A DNA stretch of 64,000 bases, from positions 8,699 through 72,698 of the forward strand of contig CACHDJ010000002.1 of NCBI GenBank assembly GCA_902578525.1. The letters run 5' to 3'. Shown piece after piece: positions 61,686 to 64,000 of this stretch (position 1 is the stretch's first letter; the number at the start of each line of letters is the position of its first letter). A model generated the notes under the pieces. It searched no databases. It had not been told where the DNA came from and worked only from the letters and a program-made list of their open reading frames with translations. This stretch comes from an uncultured Pelagibacteraceae bacterium. Lineage in GTDB: Bacteria; Pseudomonadota; Alphaproteobacteria; Pelagibacterales; Pelagibacteraceae. Both the position numbers and the translations under genes were made by a program.

Positions 61686-61973
61686 TTATACTTTATTATC
61701 CATGATTTCAATCATACATTTGGTTGCATATTCCCGCCACTCAGATGAGTTTTTACCTTTAAGGCTGTTTAAGTGGTTTCGATTATTTTGAATATCAATT
61801 TTATGTTGAATTTTATCTTTTTCGCGTAAATTTTTTTCCATATTTGTTATATTTAATTCCATTGCATTGATCCAATTATTACCTAGTTCAACACATTTCT
61901 TATCATCTTTTTCATCACAAATTTGCTTAAAAAAATTGAAAATTATATCGTCTGTCTTAACAGTATTGCTCAT
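61686..61973 (-). CDS. Hypothetical protein
   Basis: 95-aa helical ORF, co-oriented with neighbours. Confidence 0.7.
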   Translation of the reverse strand: MSNTVKTDDIIFNFFKQICDEKDDKKCVELGNNWINAMELNITNMEKNLREKDKIQHKIDIQNNRNHLNSLKGKNSSEWREYATKCMIEIMDNKV

Positions 61974-61983
61974 TTAATGTGTG

Positions 61984-62394
61984 TCACAATTTGTTTCCTT
62001 TAATAAAGAAATAAACACCACCAATTATTAAAAAAATTTGTGCACTTGTAAATAATTTTGTATTGATTAACCAGTCTTGATGTGCAATTGCGAAAATATT
62101 AATCATCAAAATAATTATAGTTAAACCAGCTAATCTTGTTAAAATACTTCCATATGGCTCTTTTATAAAAATTGCAAAAATAAGTATTAATCCAGCAGAT
62201 AATTCTGATATAGCAACAAAGCTTGCAAGCGCTGGTGATAAATCAAAATATTCAATAAGCGCCTCGGGTGGTAATGGAAATTTATTAAGTCCATGAATTA
62301 TAAAAGCTATGGCAATACCGAGTCTAAAAAGATGAGGGGCTAGGGCCTCAAAATTTAATAAAGAATTTCCTAATTTTTCAAAATAACGGAGCAT
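61984..62394 (-). CDS. DoxX-family membrane protein
   Basis: RLGIAIAFIIHG..K, EL.AG, TRLAG, AH. Confidence 0.78.
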   Translation of the reverse strand: MLRYFEKLGNSLLNFEALAPHLFRLGIAIAFIIHGLNKFPLPPEALIEYFDLSPALASFVAISELSAGLILIFAIFIKEPYGSILTRLAGLTIIILMINIFAIAHQDWLINTKLFTSAQIFLIIGGVYFFIKGNKL

Positions 62395-62407
62395 AAAATC
62401 ATCTTAA

Positions 62408-63115
62408 TTATTTTTTTAAAATTATACAAATTAAATTATCATTAAATTTTAAAATGTTATTAAATGTCACATTAATTTCTTTAATTCCATTTAAGATCTC
62501 TTTTTCTGTCAAAGGTAATAGGGTTGAAATAAATCTATTTTGAATCATTTTAACATATTTCTTTTTTGTTATTTTCACTCGATATACAAATTTTTTTGAA
62601 ACTTTTCTGTAATTAAATTTAGATAATAATTTTGATATTATTTTATCTCTTTCAAGTGATTTTTTAAGTTTTTTTTTCATCAATCTAAATGATGGTATTT
62701 GATTGTTATGAGGATCTAATGAAAAAACTAATATCACTCCATTAGGACTGAGACTCTTTGTACAACAATCAATTAACTTTTTTACATTATATAAATCAAA
62801 TAAATGGATTGTTTGTTTTACCAAAATTAAATCAAATTTTTTCTTGTTATAATCAAAAAAAGAGAGTGCATCGATTTTTTTAAATCTTATTCTTAAGTCT
62901 CTATCTACATGTTTTTCAACATCTATTCCTAATGGTTTTTTGTTTAGTTTTAATTTAGTTGCTAGACTTCCTAATATTTTACCTCTCCCACAACCAATAT
63001 CTAAAATTTGAGAGTCTTTACTTAGATTAACTTGTTTCAATAAGAAATCATTAAATGATTTAATGTACTTTTTTGATGAAAGCCAAGTTTTATTATCCCA
63101 ATTTCTTAATGACAC
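62408..63115 (-). CDS. Class I SAM-dependent methyltransferase
   Basis: ILDIGCGRG, FDLIL; start estimated at GTG 63115. Confidence 0.82.
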   Translation of the reverse strand: MSLRNWDNKTWLSSKKYIKSFNDFLLKQVNLSKDSQILDIGCGRGKILGSLATKLKLNKKPLGIDVEKHVDRDLRIRFKKIDALSFFDYNKKKFDLILVKQTIHLFDLYNVKKLIDCCTKSLSPNGVILVFSLDPHNNQIPSFRLMKKKLKKSLERDKIISKLLSKFNYRKVSKKFVYRVKITKKKYVKMIQNRFISTLLPLTEKEILNGIKEINVTFNNILKFNDNLICIILKK

Positions 63116-63552
63116 GCGATATTGAATTTTTTTAATCGCCAATAATTATATGGCCAAGGTGTTAGAAAGCCAGCTAATAGCATAATTGGTATAACCCACC
63201 AAGTTAGAATAGCACCACCGGTTAAAAAATAGTCAGTCAAGTTCATTACAACTTCCATACTTATCATTGATATAAAACTCATTCCCATGGCAGTTTTAAA
63301 AGCTTTTGAAAAATTTAAATCTTGTTTCATTAAAATCACTGTTTCTAAAATGATGCTAGTAATTAAACCATTAATAATGGCCAAAGTCATAATTCCTAAA
63401 ACAGGAAATGGTATTTTTGTTAATTGAAAAAATAAAATTGTTCCAAGATCACCGATGGCACATCCTAGCAAACACCACCCAGTATTTTTTGCACTTATTT
63501 TCCAAGTATCTTTGCACGACCAATTAAAGTTGGTTGCAGCAGCGTTTTCCAT
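63106..63552 (-). CDS. DUF4396-like membrane protein
   Basis: WCLLGCAIGD, SMISME, GFLTPWPYNYW. Confidence 0.78.
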   Translation of the reverse strand: MENAAATNFNWSCKDTWKISAKNTGWCLLGCAIGDLGTILFFQLTKIPFPVLGIMTLAIINGLITSIILETVILMKQDLNFSKAFKTAMGMSFISMISMEVVMNLTDYFLTGGAILTWWVIPIMLLAGFLTPWPYNYWRLKKFNIACH

Positions 63553-63556
63553 TTAA

Positions 63557-64000
63557 TTATTTTATATCAACTTTAGCAATCATTCCAACTTGATAGTGGC
63601 CAGGAACATTGCATGCCACCTCAATGTTTGCTGAATTATCAAATTTCCAAATGATAACTCCTTTTTGCTTCGGTTCTAACAAAACACTATTACTATGCGA
63701 ATGACCCAAAGACTTATCTATTTTTGCCATTTTCTTCATTTTTTCTTTATCAATTGAGTCAGCAAAAAGAATTTCATTCTCTACCATTTTTTGCATTTCG
63801 GGCTGATGTTTTAAGTGCATCATTTTATTAGCTATATTAAACTCGTGAACAAGCTCACCTGCATTTTCAACTTCAAATTTAATTGTTTCACCTGATTTAA
63901 TCTTAAATGAACTAGGTTCATAATAATTATCGTACATAATAACTTTTATGACACGAGATACTTCACTTTCATTACCTTTAGAACCAATTTTCATATTCTT
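63557..64000 (-). CDS. Cupredoxin (CopI-like copper-binding protein); start probably beyond window
   Basis: VHEFNI, ACNVPGHYQVGM type-1 Cu site, His/Met-rich insert; frame is open to the window end. Confidence 0.85.
   Translation of the reverse strand, partial: KNMKIGSKGNESEVSRVIKVIMYDNYYEPSSFKIKSGETIKFEVENAGELVHEFNIANKMMHLKHQPEMQKMVENEILFADSIDKEKMKKMAKIDKSLGHSHSNSVLLEPKQKGVIIWKFDNSANIEVACNVPGHYQVGMIAKVDIK

Noticed and set aside
61597-61791. 64-aa + strand ORF
   Set aside because: Antisense to the riboswitch and the adjacent gene; no coding features

Overview
Very AT-rich, gene-dense alphaproteobacterial DNA. Gene content and protein style point to SAR11/Pelagibacter (inference, no search run). 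From left to right: nuoG(partial)FEDCBA, tRNA-Asp/Val, lon-clpX-clpP-tig and tRNA-Leu; small accessory genes; an ~18 kb organosulfonate/sulfite block (TRAP transporter, GMC oxidoreductase, SDR, xsc, suyAB, two exporter families, aprMBA); pabB/A/C-like genes, an MFS transporter, metC, mnmA, cysQ, recX, amtB, HU and rseP; a RamB/ScfR regulator divergent from aceA; a GcvT/DmdA-family paralog; an ABC exporter; a thiV-like symporter behind a variant TPP riboswitch; and a copper module at the right edge. I found no CRISPR array, integrase or IS element. The best leads are: (1) a minimal malonyl-CoA-decarboxylase-like protein next to the glyoxylate-shunt regulator; (2) a 27-aa K/R-rich ORF with its own promoter and SD, missed by the ORF track (candidate tiny ribosomal protein); (3) a two-state structured RNA in the amtB 3' region; (4) a TPP aptamer with a degenerate pyrophosphate arm; (5) a sulfonate-to-Apr gene cluster with no regulator in the window. 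All family calls come from recognising motifs by eye.
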